A DNA stretch of 64,000 nucleotides. It comes from an uncultured Poribacteria bacterium (GTDB taxonomy: Bacteria; Poribacteria; WGA-4E; WGA-3G). Below the pieces are notes generated by a model. It was given only the letters and a program-made list of their open reading frames with translations, did not search any database and was not told the origin of the DNA. Below are positions 10,109 through 20,466 of the stretch, piece by piece. How positions within the stretch are numbered: position 1 is the stretch's first letter; each line of letters begins with the position of its first letter. The translations under genes were made by a program, and so were the position numbers. The stretch spans positions 5,280,001 to 5,344,000 of the forward strand of contig OX638351.1 in the NCBI GenBank assembly GCA_951813565.1, read 5' to 3'.

Positions 10109-11281
10109 TTGCCTACCACATTCTCACTCCCATCCATGATAATCACCGGTGCTGGTGCATCCGAAAAAGTCGGTGAACAAGCCAAACGACTTGGTGCTAC
10201 GAATGCGCTTATCGTGACAGATCCGGGCATTGCCAAAATCGGATACGCAGACCAGATTGCCAAGAACTTACACAATGCTGGAATAGCCACCTCTACTTTC
10301 TCTGATGTTACACCCGATCCAACATTACAAAACGTCACTGATGGACTAAAGCAATACCGTGCGGAAAACTGTGATGTGATAATAAGCATCGGTGGTGGCA
10401 GTGCGATTGATTGCGGTAAAGGCATCGCCATGAAACTCACAAACGATGGCGAATTTGCTAACTATATGGGTGTGGATAAAATTCCGAATCCGGGTGCGCC
10501 GCTGATTGCGATCCCTACTACTGCTGGAACAGGAAGCGAAGTTACAAAAGTCACCGTTATCACCGACACGGATCGTAATGTCAAAATGATGCTGAGCAGT
10601 GCTTGTTTGTTGCCATCAGTTGCATTGGTCGATCCGTTGCTGTCCCTCACAACTCCTCCACACCTGACAGCAGCTGTTGGCGTTGATGCACTAACGCACG
10701 CAATAGAGGCATATATCTCAAAACGTGCACAACCGCTTACGGACGTGCTTGCATTGAAAGCAATCAGGTTGATTTCAGGTTCACTTCGTCAAGCATGGTC
10801 AGATGGCGAAAACATCTTTGCACGCTCAGATATGATGCTTGGCGCGTCAATAGCAGGTATGGCGTTCAGCAATTCGTCTGTGGCGTTAGTCCACGGCATG
10901 TCCCGACCAATTGGAGCATATTTTCATATCCATCACGGATTATCAAACGCTGTGTTACTGCTTGATGTGATGGAATTTAGCATTGTCGGCGCGCCTAAAC
11001 GATTTGCCGATATAGCAGAAGCGATGGGCGAACCTATTGATGGGCTTTCTCCAATGAAACAGGCAGATGCAGCGATTTTTGCAGTTGAACGTCTCGTCAA
11101 CGATATTCAGATGCCTCACCTTGGTGAAATCGGTATTGATAAGGAGAAGTTTGAGCAGGTTATCGATCAGATGGCAGTTGATGCTATCGCAAGTGGCAGT
11201 CCTGCGAACAATCCGCGCCAAGCATCTGCAGAAGATATAGCCGCGTTGTATCGGAAATGTTTCTCCCCACGCAATACATAA
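10109..11281 (+). CDS. Iron-containing alcohol dehydrogenase
   Basis: GGGSAID, PTTAGTGSEVT, DALTHAIE, HGMS...HHG. Confidence 0.95.
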   Translation: MPTTFSLPSMIITGAGASEKVGEQAKRLGATNALIVTDPGIAKIGYADQIAKNLHNAGIATSTFSDVTPDPTLQNVTDGLKQYRAENCDVIISIGGGSAIDCGKGIAMKLTNDGEFANYMGVDKIPNPGAPLIAIPTTAGTGSEVTKVTVITDTDRNVKMMLSSACLLPSVALVDPLLSLTTPPHLTAAVGVDALTHAIEAYISKRAQPLTDVLALKAIRLISGSLRQAWSDGENIFARSDMMLGASIAGMAFSNSSVALVHGMSRPIGAYFHIHHGLSNAVLLLDVMEFSIVGAPKRFADIAEAMGEPIDGLSPMKQADAAIFAVERLVNDIQMPHLGEIGIDKEKFEQVIDQMAVDAIASGSPANNPRQASAEDIAALYRKCFSPRNT

Positions 11282-11343
11282 TTATTTTCAAAGTTAGCAC
11301 ATATCAACAAAGTTTAAAACCAAAAGCGTGTAGAGACAGAATA

Positions 11344-12909
11344 ATGGCACAAACACCAATTATTGAAATGTGTGGTATCAGCAAAAGGTTTGGGCAGGTA
11401 CAAGCAAACGATGTTGTGGATTTTTCGTTACAGCGAGGCGAAATTCACGCTATAGTTGGCGAAAATGGTGCAGGCAAATCTACCTTGATGAAAATCCTTT
11501 ACGGTTTATATCAACCGGACAAAGGGGAAATCTATGTTGATGGTCAACCTGTGACCATCTCCTCACCGAAGCGTGCCATGCGTCTTGGTTTAGGCATGAT
11601 TCAGCAACACTTTACATTAATCCCTGCTTTCACTGCCCTTCAAAACATTATCCTCGCAAAAGAGACGCGTAAATTCGGAACCCTTCTTGATTACCAAAAG
11701 GCTGAAGATAAGATAACAAGACTCGCTGAACAAGTTGGGTTTGATGTGCCTTTGAACACCCCCATAGAATCACTACCAATCGGTGCACAGCAACACACAG
11801 AAATATTGAAAGTCCTCTATCACGGTGCAGAAATACTAATTATGGATGAACCGACTGCTGTGCTTGTCCCACAAGAAATTGAGGGATTGTTTGAATGCAT
11901 GCGCGGTCTCAAAAGAGAAGGTAGAAGTATCATCATTATTACCCATAAACTTGATGAAGTGATGACGATAGCCGATACTGTTACGGTGATGCGCCATGGA
12001 AAAACCGTCATTACATGCCCTATTTCTGAAACTAATCCGCATCAACTGGCAGAACAGATTCTTGGTGAGCCAGTTCTTCAGCACGCGATAGAACGGAAAG
12101 AAACCAACCAAGAAAATCCTATGCTGCAGTTAGAAGATGTATCAGTGAAAACGGGGACTGGTAAAAACCTTCTTGATGGAATCAATCTTGATGTGTTCTC
12201 TGGTGAAATTGTCGGAATAGCAGGTGTAGAAGGAAACGGTCAGACGGAATTAGTTGAAATCCTGACAGGATTACGACAAATCCATAGCGGTAAAATTATT
12301 TTAAATGGGGAATCCGTGGTCAACAGTTCAACAGCAGAATTTCGTGAAAAACAGGTCGCGCATCTGCCCGCAGATAGACACCGCCACGGTGTTAGTCTGA
12401 ATAATCGAATTGATGAGAATTTTATCATTGGTAGACATAAACAGAAACTGTTTTCTCGCAACGCTATGTTGCATCAAAAAAACATCCAAAGATTTGCTTT
12501 TAATGCACTTGATAAATATCAAATTCTAGTTGGAGATATAACGCACCAGATCAAAACACTTTCCGGTGGAAATCAGCAGAAAGTGGTTGTTGCCCGTGAA
12601 TTGTCTGGCAATCCTACCCTTATTATTGCTGCACATCCGACACGCGGATTGGACGTTCATGCTGCGAAGTTTGTTCACACACGACTTATTCAGGCGCGGA
12701 ACCGTGGAAAAGCAGTTTTACTTGTGTCTTCGGAACTGGATGAACTCTTACTACTTAGCGATAGAATTGCAGTCATGTATAATGGCAGGATCGCAGGAAT
12801 TGTCAAACCAGATGACATAGGTCAGCAGGAATTGGGTGCGTTGATGCTTGGCTTGAAAAAGAGCGGAATGATGAACAGGAAAGGAAGAGCAGCAGAAAAC
12901 AATGAATAG
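11344..12909 (+). CDS. CUT2-type (nucleoside/sugar) ABC transporter ATP-binding protein
   Basis: Two ABC domains: GENGAGKS, DEPTAVL, LSGGNQQK, PTRGLD; probable start ATG 11344. Confidence 0.93.
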   Translation: MAQTPIIEMCGISKRFGQVQANDVVDFSLQRGEIHAIVGENGAGKSTLMKILYGLYQPDKGEIYVDGQPVTISSPKRAMRLGLGMIQQHFTLIPAFTALQNIILAKETRKFGTLLDYQKAEDKITRLAEQVGFDVPLNTPIESLPIGAQQHTEILKVLYHGAEILIMDEPTAVLVPQEIEGLFECMRGLKREGRSIIIITHKLDEVMTIADTVTVMRHGKTVITCPISETNPHQLAEQILGEPVLQHAIERKETNQENPMLQLEDVSVKTGTGKNLLDGINLDVFSGEIVGIAGVEGNGQTELVEILTGLRQIHSGKIILNGESVVNSSTAEFREKQVAHLPADRHRHGVSLNNRIDENFIIGRHKQKLFSRNAMLHQKNIQRFAFNALDKYQILVGDITHQIKTLSGGNQQKVVVARELSGNPTLIIAAHPTRGLDVHAAKFVHTRLIQARNRGKAVLLVSSELDELLLLSDRIAVMYNGRIAGIVKPDDIGQQELGALMLGLKKSGMMNRKGRAAENNE

Positions 12910-12998
12910 GCAAAACACCCCTTCTAACTTTATTAACTTCAAAGTCAATTTAGATTGACAAAATCCTATAACATACGATATTATGCAGAAGGGGTGGT

Positions 12999-13410
12999 TA
13001 TGATGAAATCTATTTTATTTTTCTGCGTCACGTTTTTTGTGATAGTGTCTCCGGTTATTGGTGAGTTGTCTTCTCCGGATCTTGACAAAATTCGCTTGAT
13101 TGTAAAAGAAGAAATCACTAAAGTTGAGACAGAACTCAAAAAAGAAATCGATAAATCCGAGAAGCGGATGAAAGATCACATTGACACTAAATTTGAGACC
13201 GTTGATGTCAAATTTGAGGGCGTTGACGGACGGCTAATGTTAGTCGTAGGATTCGTATCCGCTCTAATCGTCCTAATTGTTGTAACTGTAGGTATTCCGC
13301 AGATTATCATCGCATGGCGTGGAAAAAGCGAACGGGCACAAGATAAGAGGATAGAAGAACTGTCTCAGGAAATAGAAGCACTTAAGAAACAACGTATTGT
13401 AAACCCATAG
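12999..13410 (+). CDS. Small coiled-coil membrane protein
   Basis: Signal-like N-terminus, coiled coil, one C-terminal TM helix; start approximate (ORF 12955..13410). Confidence 0.65.
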
Positions 13411-13419
13411 AACTCTCAA

Positions 13420-14376
13420 ATGATTATTGATTCACATACACACGCTTGGCCACGCTGGCCCTATCAACCTCCTGTTCCTGATGATGAGAGTCGTGGACAA
13501 GTTGAACAGCTTCTCCACGAAATGGATCGACACAACGTTGACAAAGCTGTGCTTATATGTGCGCGTATTGATAGAAATCCCGATAACAACGACTATGCTG
13601 CAGAATGCGTTAAACGCTATCCAGACCGACTTATTCAGTTCGCAGATGTAGATTGTTCATGGACGGATACATACCACACCGACGGTGCAGCAGATCGTCT
13701 CAAAACCGCAGCAGAAACATACAACCTTAAAGGCTATACGCACTATCTCAGAGGGGATGACGATGGGAGTTGGTTCTTTTCGGAGGAGGGACAACGTTTC
13801 TTCCAAACGACTGCTGAGCTGGGATTAATTGCCAGCATTGCCATGGGAAGTCATCAACACGTGCCACTTCGTAAATTGACAGCACAGTTTCCTACGGTAC
13901 CGTTTCTGTGCCATCACATGGCAGGTGCGCGAGCAGGCGAAGAACATCCTTACCCACAACTCAAAGAAGTCCTTGCTTCTGCAAATGTTCCGAATATCCA
14001 CGTGAAGATGTCAGGGTTTGCTTATGTCTCACAAGTCTCATGGGATTACCCATACTCGGATACACACTGGATTGTGCGTGCGCTTTATGAACACTTTGGT
14101 CCTGGGCGCCTCTGCTGGGGTTCGGACTATCCGGTAGTGCGTAACTTTATGACGTATCAGCACGCGCTTGAAGCGTTCCGCACCCACTGCACTTTTATCC
14201 CCGATGCTGACAAAGCAGAGATTTTAGGAGGCACTCTTCAGCGATTGCTGTCTGAAGCGGGTCAATGGGTGTGTAAAGTTTTTGGCATGAATATCACGCT
14301 GCTTTTGTGTTTGTATACCAATAATTATTCCATGCTTCATTTTTCAACAAACACCTCCACTTCAGCACAGCATTGA
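13420..14376 (+). CDS. Amidohydrolase-family protein (LigW/Amidohydro_2), C-terminus extended by IS insertion
   Basis: IDSHTH, CHHM, KMSG, WGSDYP; native end ...SEAGQ-TAG split by the IS at 14267. Confidence 0.9.
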   Translation: MIIDSHTHAWPRWPYQPPVPDDESRGQVEQLLHEMDRHNVDKAVLICARIDRNPDNNDYAAECVKRYPDRLIQFADVDCSWTDTYHTDGAADRLKTAAETYNLKGYTHYLRGDDDGSWFFSEEGQRFFQTTAELGLIASIAMGSHQHVPLRKLTAQFPTVPFLCHHMAGARAGEEHPYPQLKEVLASANVPNIHVKMSGFAYVSQVSWDYPYSDTHWIVRALYEHFGPGRLCWGSDYPVVRNFMTYQHALEAFRTHCTFIPDADKAEILGGTLQRLLSEAGQWVCKVFGMNITLLLCLYTNNYSMLHFSTNTSTSAQH

Positions 14377-15723
14377 TACCCGGTTTCTCCCATCTCATAG
14401 CAGCTTGTTTGCATCTTTGTCCGACAACATGTTTACACGCACTTTCAATCACACCACTGCCAATCTGATACCCTTTTTCTCTAAACGCTTTATACTGCAT
14501 TCGCTTCGCGTGTTTTTCGAAATACCGCGCTTCTCTTTCTAAAATATCCGATACTTCCGGGGTCTGTGTGTCTAAGCCACGAATGCGTGCGGCTACTTCT
14601 GTAATGTTGCCATCATAAAGGATAGGTTCTGTCGTTTTTACCCAGTCTTGTATCGCCTCTGTTTCAGTCTCTCCGAACGCAACTTTAGCAACATCATATA
14701 GATGAGACTTCGCATGCATATAATCCACAATCTCTACAGCATTGGGGAAGTATTCATCCGCTAAGTTCCATATCCACGCTGCACCATCACCAAGAAACAC
14801 AATCTCTTGCGTATCTATCGCTTCTTGGTAGATGCCACTATTGGTTGCTAACGCATATAACTCCTTACCAAAATGTGCCGCATCATTACGCGTTGCGACA
14901 TAACGGATACTTGTCTCTCTCGCACTTGACACCGCATCAGAACCACATTGTGGATAATCTCTGTAAACACAACCGACTTTTGTCTCTTTCCACCCATCAG
15001 GGGAGTTGGTATGACACCCATCACAACTCACATGCCATCGCTCATTTTCTGCGAGTTTTTGAGGTGCCACTTGTTCACAGACGCTCAAATCTTCTGACCA
15101 TTCACTCACTTTGTGTTGGAGCGTCGTGTGGCTGACTTCTATACCTTGATGCGACAACTCCGATGCCGCTTCTCTATAGTCAAGAAGGGCAGACAGACGA
15201 CACATCGCTTCAGCAACACGACGCGTGTATTGACCCAATAACTTCTGTTTGACCTCCCACGGCGCGTGACGATGTCCTTGTTCACAACAATACACCCAAC
15301 GATTTACGCTTGTTTTTCCACAAAGTGTTGTGAAATAACGCGCACGCATACGCAATGGACGACAAAGTTCTTGACACGCTGGACATTCAACTGGTTCACG
15401 CTCTTTCTTATTTGACTTTTTAGAAACACACATTTCTAAAAACTTTTGTTTAAAAGAACAAAATGCTTCGGAAACACGGACTTCAACATCACCTAAAGAT
15501 AAACCCTCGTCAGAATTGATGTCTACATAAAGATCGTTGATCTCTTTTACAAACTCGTTAAAATCTGCTTTGTAATCGTTGCCTTCACAAGGACTTAATG
15601 ATATACTTGGCATTGGTATCCTCTCCTATAATAGTGATAATTATTAGGGTAGGATACCATTTATATACATTTTCTACAAGAACTCCATTCATTTCAATTT
15701 CATGCCAAAAACTTTACACACCC
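14267..15723 (-). mobile_element. ISKra4-family IS, complete copy 2, 9-bp TSD CGGGTCAAT
   Basis: TIR GGGTGTGTAAAGTTTTTGGCATGA at both ends; TSD at 14258-14266 and 15724-15732. Confidence 0.96.
14294..15613 (-). CDS. ISKra4-family transposase
   Basis: SCDG, FLGDGAAWIW, VDYMHA, IGSGVIESACK...RCKQAAMRW. Confidence 0.93.
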   Translation of the reverse strand: MPSISLSPCEGNDYKADFNEFVKEINDLYVDINSDEGLSLGDVEVRVSEAFCSFKQKFLEMCVSKKSNKKEREPVECPACQELCRPLRMRARYFTTLCGKTSVNRWVYCCEQGHRHAPWEVKQKLLGQYTRRVAEAMCRLSALLDYREAASELSHQGIEVSHTTLQHKVSEWSEDLSVCEQVAPQKLAENERWHVSCDGCHTNSPDGWKETKVGCVYRDYPQCGSDAVSSARETSIRYVATRNDAAHFGKELYALATNSGIYQEAIDTQEIVFLGDGAAWIWNLADEYFPNAVEIVDYMHAKSHLYDVAKVAFGETETEAIQDWVKTTEPILYDGNITEVAARIRGLDTQTPEVSDILEREARYFEKHAKRMQYKAFREKGYQIGSGVIESACKHVVGQRCKQAAMRWEKPGINAVLKWRCLLKNEAWNNYWYTNTKAA

Positions 15724-15739
15724 CGGGTCAATAGTTTCC

Positions 15740-15768
15740 TTGATTTTTTCATAGCGTTCTGGTATAAT
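15740..15768 (+). promoter_or_regulatory. Sigma70-like promoter
   Basis: TTGATT-17bp-TATAAT with TG extension, upstream of RBS AAGGGAG at about 15826-15832. Confidence 0.55.
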
Positions 15769-15839
15769 AAAACTAAAGAGGTGTAATTCCGGCACTTAGG
15801 TCCGGTAAGGTAAATCTGAAATCATAAGGGAGAATTAGT

Positions 15840-16228
15840 GTCATAGCACCCACTACCTGAAGGTAGGGGCTTGTGCTTCGTAGCAGTTTGCCTTATTGCT
15901 AAGGTCTTACGTCTGCTCCACAGTGGGGTCTAAGCAACCCACTTGCTCAAAAGAACAACTATTTTAATAGAGAGTGTGTTTGTCGGATCAATGTTTTTAA
16001 ACTATTGTATCCCTACCACTCATGTTAGAAGCTGAGAAGGCTTAAGCAGTATTGAAGTGCAGGGCTTTTACGTGATTGTTTCACTGCTAAGTTGTCTAAC
16101 GCAACATCAATCACAACCAATGCCGATTGCTATGGATACTATAACAAACTTGACATTATTTGTTAAGCAAAAAAAGGAGCGGGCATTCCTCCCAAGCCTA
16201 AAGACTTGGGTCTCCTGCCCGAAGATTG
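15840..16228 (-). mobile_element. Non-autonomous IS200/IS605 derivative (PATE-like) with omegaRNA-like right end
   Basis: 15840-15880 closely matches the tnpB element right end 57541-57581; left-end hairpin CCCAAG-CCTAAAGA-CTTGGG at about 16191-16210; no transposase or TnpB ORF; removal restores RBS-ATG spacing. Confidence 0.85.
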
Positions 16229-16882
16229 ATGAAAAGAATATTTGTTTTTACAACGCTTGCACTTATGCTCGTGGTAGGCTTTGTTTTTGCTACAGATACC
16301 CTGATCGTGCAAGGTGAGTATATTGAAGCTCGGTCCGCGAGTGTGTATGTCGGCGCATGCCATTTCGGTGCTGAATTTGTGGAAGGTGGAAAAGAGGCAA
16401 CACTTGTTTGGAATATCCATCGTGGAAGTTGGAACGGTGTTTCGTTGGATGGCTTAACCGTTGTTGCTGTTGTCAGTGCTAAAAACAACTTGGCGATTGA
16501 TACAGAAACACGCAAGAGTGTGTTGTATATGGACACAAAAGCTACGCCAGAACAGCGTGCAGCAATTAGCAACATGCTCGCGACAAAACGTTCTGACGTT
16601 CTCGGTAAAGTCGTTGCAACGCAAATCGCACCTATTACATTCGCTAAAAAGGGCACGAAATATGATGTGACGGTTGGAAAAGTACTCACACTATCTGCAA
16701 ATCGCTACCCGTGCGCGAAATGCACACAACCCCATCAAATTTGGTATGAACCATTGACAAAAGTTCAGAACGCTATTGTCGGCAAATCGGAAGTTTATCG
16801 TTATAAAGATACCCACCTCTCGGTGAATTGGCAGCAAGGCGACGCAGCCAACAACGTCTTTGTCGGTAATTTTTCGATGTAA
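16229..16882 (+). CDS. DUF1326-like exported protein
   Basis: Signal peptide; GEYIEARSASVYVGACH...W.I.RG...GV.LDGL motif. Confidence 0.75.
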   Translation: MKRIFVFTTLALMLVVGFVFATDTLIVQGEYIEARSASVYVGACHFGAEFVEGGKEATLVWNIHRGSWNGVSLDGLTVVAVVSAKNNLAIDTETRKSVLYMDTKATPEQRAAISNMLATKRSDVLGKVVATQIAPITFAKKGTKYDVTVGKVLTLSANRYPCAKCTQPHQIWYEPLTKVQNAIVGKSEVYRYKDTHLSVNWQQGDAANNVFVGNFSM

Positions 16883-16945
16883 CATTCTGATGTCTGTAGT
16901 CGTCAGAAAATTGATGGCAGCTACAGACATTTTTAGTTACCTGTA

Positions 16946-17068
16946 CAGGACTTACGCACTTTTTCTTAAAGTCCCTCTGATAAGGGGGATTTAGGGGGTT
17001 AAAATACCGAAATTACGGCTTTTTAAGTCCAACTATTTCCTTTTTTTGCTCATTTTGCGTAAGTCCTG
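16946..17068. mobile_element. 123-bp MITE, TIR CAGGACTTACGCA, 7-bp TSD ACCTGTA
   Basis: TIRs at both ends; TSD at 16939-16945 and 17069-17075. Confidence 0.9.
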
Positions 17069-17086
17069 ACCTGTATGGTAAAATTA

Positions 17087-17937
17087 GTGAATACAGATAC
17101 ACCATCCAAGGAACGGAAGTTTAGCCTGACCCCGAAGAAGAATTATCTTGGGAAGAAAATGGATACTTTGTCCGCCACAACGTTTTCACCGAAGAAGAAA
17201 ATGACCTTTTAAGTCAAGTCGCTGATAGCATTGCTCTCAGAAAAACCCCCTTCCCAGACCATCGTATCTTTCAAAACGCATTAGTGAGAGATGGGAAAGT
17301 TGAAGCATCGGGTATCTACGCGATGCACAGTATCCATCAAATGAATCTCTATTCCCCTGAATTTCTTGAACGCACACGTGATCCGCGTCTAACCGATCCT
17401 GTTGTTGACATCCTCGGCCCAGATATCCTCGGTCTTAATAGCCTCTATATTTGGAAACCGCCAAAGATCGGTTTGGGTTTCCCGTGGCATCAAGATAGAT
17501 GGTATACTCGACCTCAGTTTAAAACCAAAACAACAGTCGGAACGTGGACTGCGATTGATGCAGCAGATAAAGAAAACGGGTGTCTATACGTTATCCCAGG
17601 TAGCCATAAAAAAGGAATCCTTGAGCATGTTGAACTTGAAGGTTCACAACAACAGGAGTTTAGACAGGCAGTCGGTGCAAAAGACGAGGATGGAGTCGCT
17701 GTTGAAATTCCACCGGGAAGTGTTATCTTTTTTGACAATAGAATACTCCATAGCAGCACGGATAACAACACTGAACGCTTTCGACGAAGTAACATCGCAC
17801 ATTACATCAGTGCAAAAGCGGAACGAGTTCCACATAAGAATTACATGCGTCCGCTTATGTGGGTTAGGGGAAAAATATACGAAACACTGTCTGAGGGCGT
17901 CTACTGTGACACTTTACCCGTTACAGAATCCGAATAG
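17087..17937 (+). pseudogene. Phytanoyl-CoA dioxygenase (PhyH) family gene with frameshift near 17130
   Basis: 5' end aligns with the downstream paralog but lacks one base in a C run; WHQD and LHSS motifs in ORF 17284..17937. Confidence 0.82.
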
Positions 17938-17990
17938 AACAAGTAAGGTGAATGAATCATACAATATAGATTTTATCAATAGGAGAATAA

Positions 17991-18839
17991 GTGGACACAA
18001 ATACAACATCTGCGGAACGGAAGTTTAGATTGACTCCTGAAGAACGATCCGCTTGGGAGGAAAACGGATACTTTGTCCGTTACGACGTTTTCACCAAAGA
18101 AAAAAATGACATCTTAGCGCAAATCGCTGATGACATTGCCCTCGGAAAACGATCTTTCCCAGACTATCATATTTTTCAAAACGCTTTAGTCAGAGATGGT
18201 AAAATCGAAGCACATGGCATCCACGCAATGCATAATATCCAATATGTGAGTTGTAATTGTCCAGAATTCCTTGCGCGTACCCGAGATCCACGTCTAACCG
18301 ACCCCGCTGTTGACATACTCGGTCCAGATCTCCTCGGTCTCAATAATCTCTATATTTGGAAACCGCCAAAAATTGGTTTAGGTTTCCCGTGGCATCAAGA
18401 TAAATGGTACTTTAACCATCAGTATAAAACCGGAACGACTGTCGCAACATGGACAGCAATTGATGATGCAGATAAAGAAAACGGGTGTCTATACGTTATC
18501 CCCGGAAGCCATAAGCATGGCGTTCGTGAACATAAGGCGCTTGAAGGTTCACAACAAGGAGAGTTTAAACAGGCAGAAGGAGCTCGCGATGAAGATGGTG
18601 TCGCGGTAGAAATCCCTGCTGGCGCGGTCATCTGGTTCAATAGTCAAGTCCTTCATAAAAGCACGGATAACCACAGTAATCGTTTCCGACGTGCTAACAT
18701 AGCACATTATATCAGTGCCAAAGCAGAATGGACGCGTCCTGAGGCTATAAATAAAAAACGACCTCCCATGTGGATTCGTGGTGAAACCTATGCTGGTATG
18801 GCAGATGAAGTTCAACATGACGTTATACCAATTCTATAA
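17991..18839 (+). CDS. Phytanoyl-CoA dioxygenase (PhyH) family 2OG-Fe(II) oxygenase
   Basis: PWHQD, W.AIDDA..ENGCL.VIPGSH, LHKS..N.S..FRR. Confidence 0.93.
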   Translation: MDTNTTSAERKFRLTPEERSAWEENGYFVRYDVFTKEKNDILAQIADDIALGKRSFPDYHIFQNALVRDGKIEAHGIHAMHNIQYVSCNCPEFLARTRDPRLTDPAVDILGPDLLGLNNLYIWKPPKIGLGFPWHQDKWYFNHQYKTGTTVATWTAIDDADKENGCLYVIPGSHKHGVREHKALEGSQQGEFKQAEGARDEDGVAVEIPAGAVIWFNSQVLHKSTDNHSNRFRRANIAHYISAKAEWTRPEAINKKRPPMWIRGETYAGMADEVQHDVIPIL

Positions 18840-18870
18840 TCCGATTGACTACTAACGAAAGGACACTATC

Positions 18871-19917
18871 ATGAAACTACGACTTACTATCATCTATATC
18901 TTGCTTCTTTTCCTGCTGCCATCTTCAGAAGCAAACGTTCCTTCCCGATATGCGAAGCAATCCGTTGAATGGTTCCAGAGTGAGGAAGGTCGCCGTATTG
19001 CCGACAACGTCCTCACTTGGCAGACCCTGGTCGGGGGTTGGCCCAAGATTAGAGATACGGCATCTGAGCCGTTTGATGGTAAAATTGAGGATCTGCACGC
19101 AACGTTTGACAACGGTGCGACCATTGACGAACTACGGTTTCTTGCTCGTGCGTTTCGTGCGACAAACGAGCCGCGCTACCAACAAGCATTTCTCAAAGGT
19201 CTTTCTCATATCCTTGAAGCGCAATACCCGAATGGCGGGTGGCCACAGTTTTATCCGCTAAGCAAAGGCTACCGTCGTCACATCACGTTCAATGACAATG
19301 TTATGTCCCGCATTCTCGAACTCCTCCGAGATGTCTCTGAATCTTCCGACTATCGGTTCCTGAAAACGGAAGACCGCACGAAGGTTGAAGCTGCCTTAAC
19401 CAAGGGCATTGACTGCATCCTGCGCACGCAAATCAAGCAGAATGGCAAACTCACAGCCTGGTGTGCGCAGCATGACGAGAAAACGCTTGAGCCTACGTGG
19501 GCCCGTTCTTATGAGCCACCGTCGCTCTCTGGTGCCGAAAGTGCCCGTGTCGTGCGATTTCTGATGTCACTCGAAGAACCCACCCCAGAGATTATCGCCG
19601 CTGTCGAAGGATCCGTTGAGTGGTTCAGGAACGTCACTATCCACGGCATGCGTTTTGACGAGTTCACCGATGCAGAGGGGCAGGAGGATACACGGATCGT
19701 AACGGACCCCGACGCGGGACCGCTCTGGGCGCGTTTCTACGAACTCGGCAGCAACCGTCCAATCTTTCTCGACCGCGACTCGGTGGTCCGCTACTCGTTA
19801 TCCGAAATCGGACAGGAACGCCGCGGTGGATACGACTACTACGGGAGCTGGGCCGCCAGGCTCCTTGCAGATGAGTACCCACGGTGGAGAGAGAAGCATA
19901 AGTTTCCAAAGGAATGA
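18871..19917 (+). CDS. Pectate lyase, PL10 (PelA/Pel-15E type)
   Basis: GGWPK, ATFDNGAT, NGGWPQFYP, ITFNDN, WCAQHD, RSYEPPSL, WARFYE; signal peptide. Confidence 0.93.
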   Translation: MKLRLTIIYILLLFLLPSSEANVPSRYAKQSVEWFQSEEGRRIADNVLTWQTLVGGWPKIRDTASEPFDGKIEDLHATFDNGATIDELRFLARAFRATNEPRYQQAFLKGLSHILEAQYPNGGWPQFYPLSKGYRRHITFNDNVMSRILELLRDVSESSDYRFLKTEDRTKVEAALTKGIDCILRTQIKQNGKLTAWCAQHDEKTLEPTWARSYEPPSLSGAESARVVRFLMSLEEPTPEIIAAVEGSVEWFRNVTIHGMRFDEFTDAEGQEDTRIVTDPDAGPLWARFYELGSNRPIFLDRDSVVRYSLSEIGQERRGGYDYYGSWAARLLADEYPRWREKHKFPKE

Positions 19918-20466
19918 CCGATTGTCATGCCTTTTGGGTTCGTCGTGCGGTGTATGGTGTCCGTGGTGTTAATGACACCTTTTCTGAGAAACATGAAAAA
20001 CAGATGGTTGTCAGTTTCTGATAAGTTGCTTCTCAAGAAATAGTCCATTATTGAAGCATCAATGATTAGTTGAAAATATCTCTCAGATCGAACATACTCG
20101 ACCCCGAAGTGTCTGGGACTCAGAATAGTATGTCCTAATGAACAGGACCATATAAATTTACGCAATAAGTAGTTTTGGACTTGCAACAAAATTTTAAAAA
20201 TCGCTCTAAATCCTTGTGTAGACTACATTTTTCGCTTGTTTTAATTGTGAAAATATGATACAATTTAGATAAGAAATTAGAGGGCTGTTAACCCCCTAAT
20301 TGAACACAAAAAAGCGAGTTGCTTTTCTGGCATTCTGTCTTATCTAGTTATTGTATCAGAAACCTGTCAGAAAAAGCAACTCCTAAAAAGGAGTTTTCTG
20401 ATGGATTTGTTGAAAGTGATGGAACGATTCCCTGATCAAGAGAGTTGTATTGAACATTTAGAGAGT

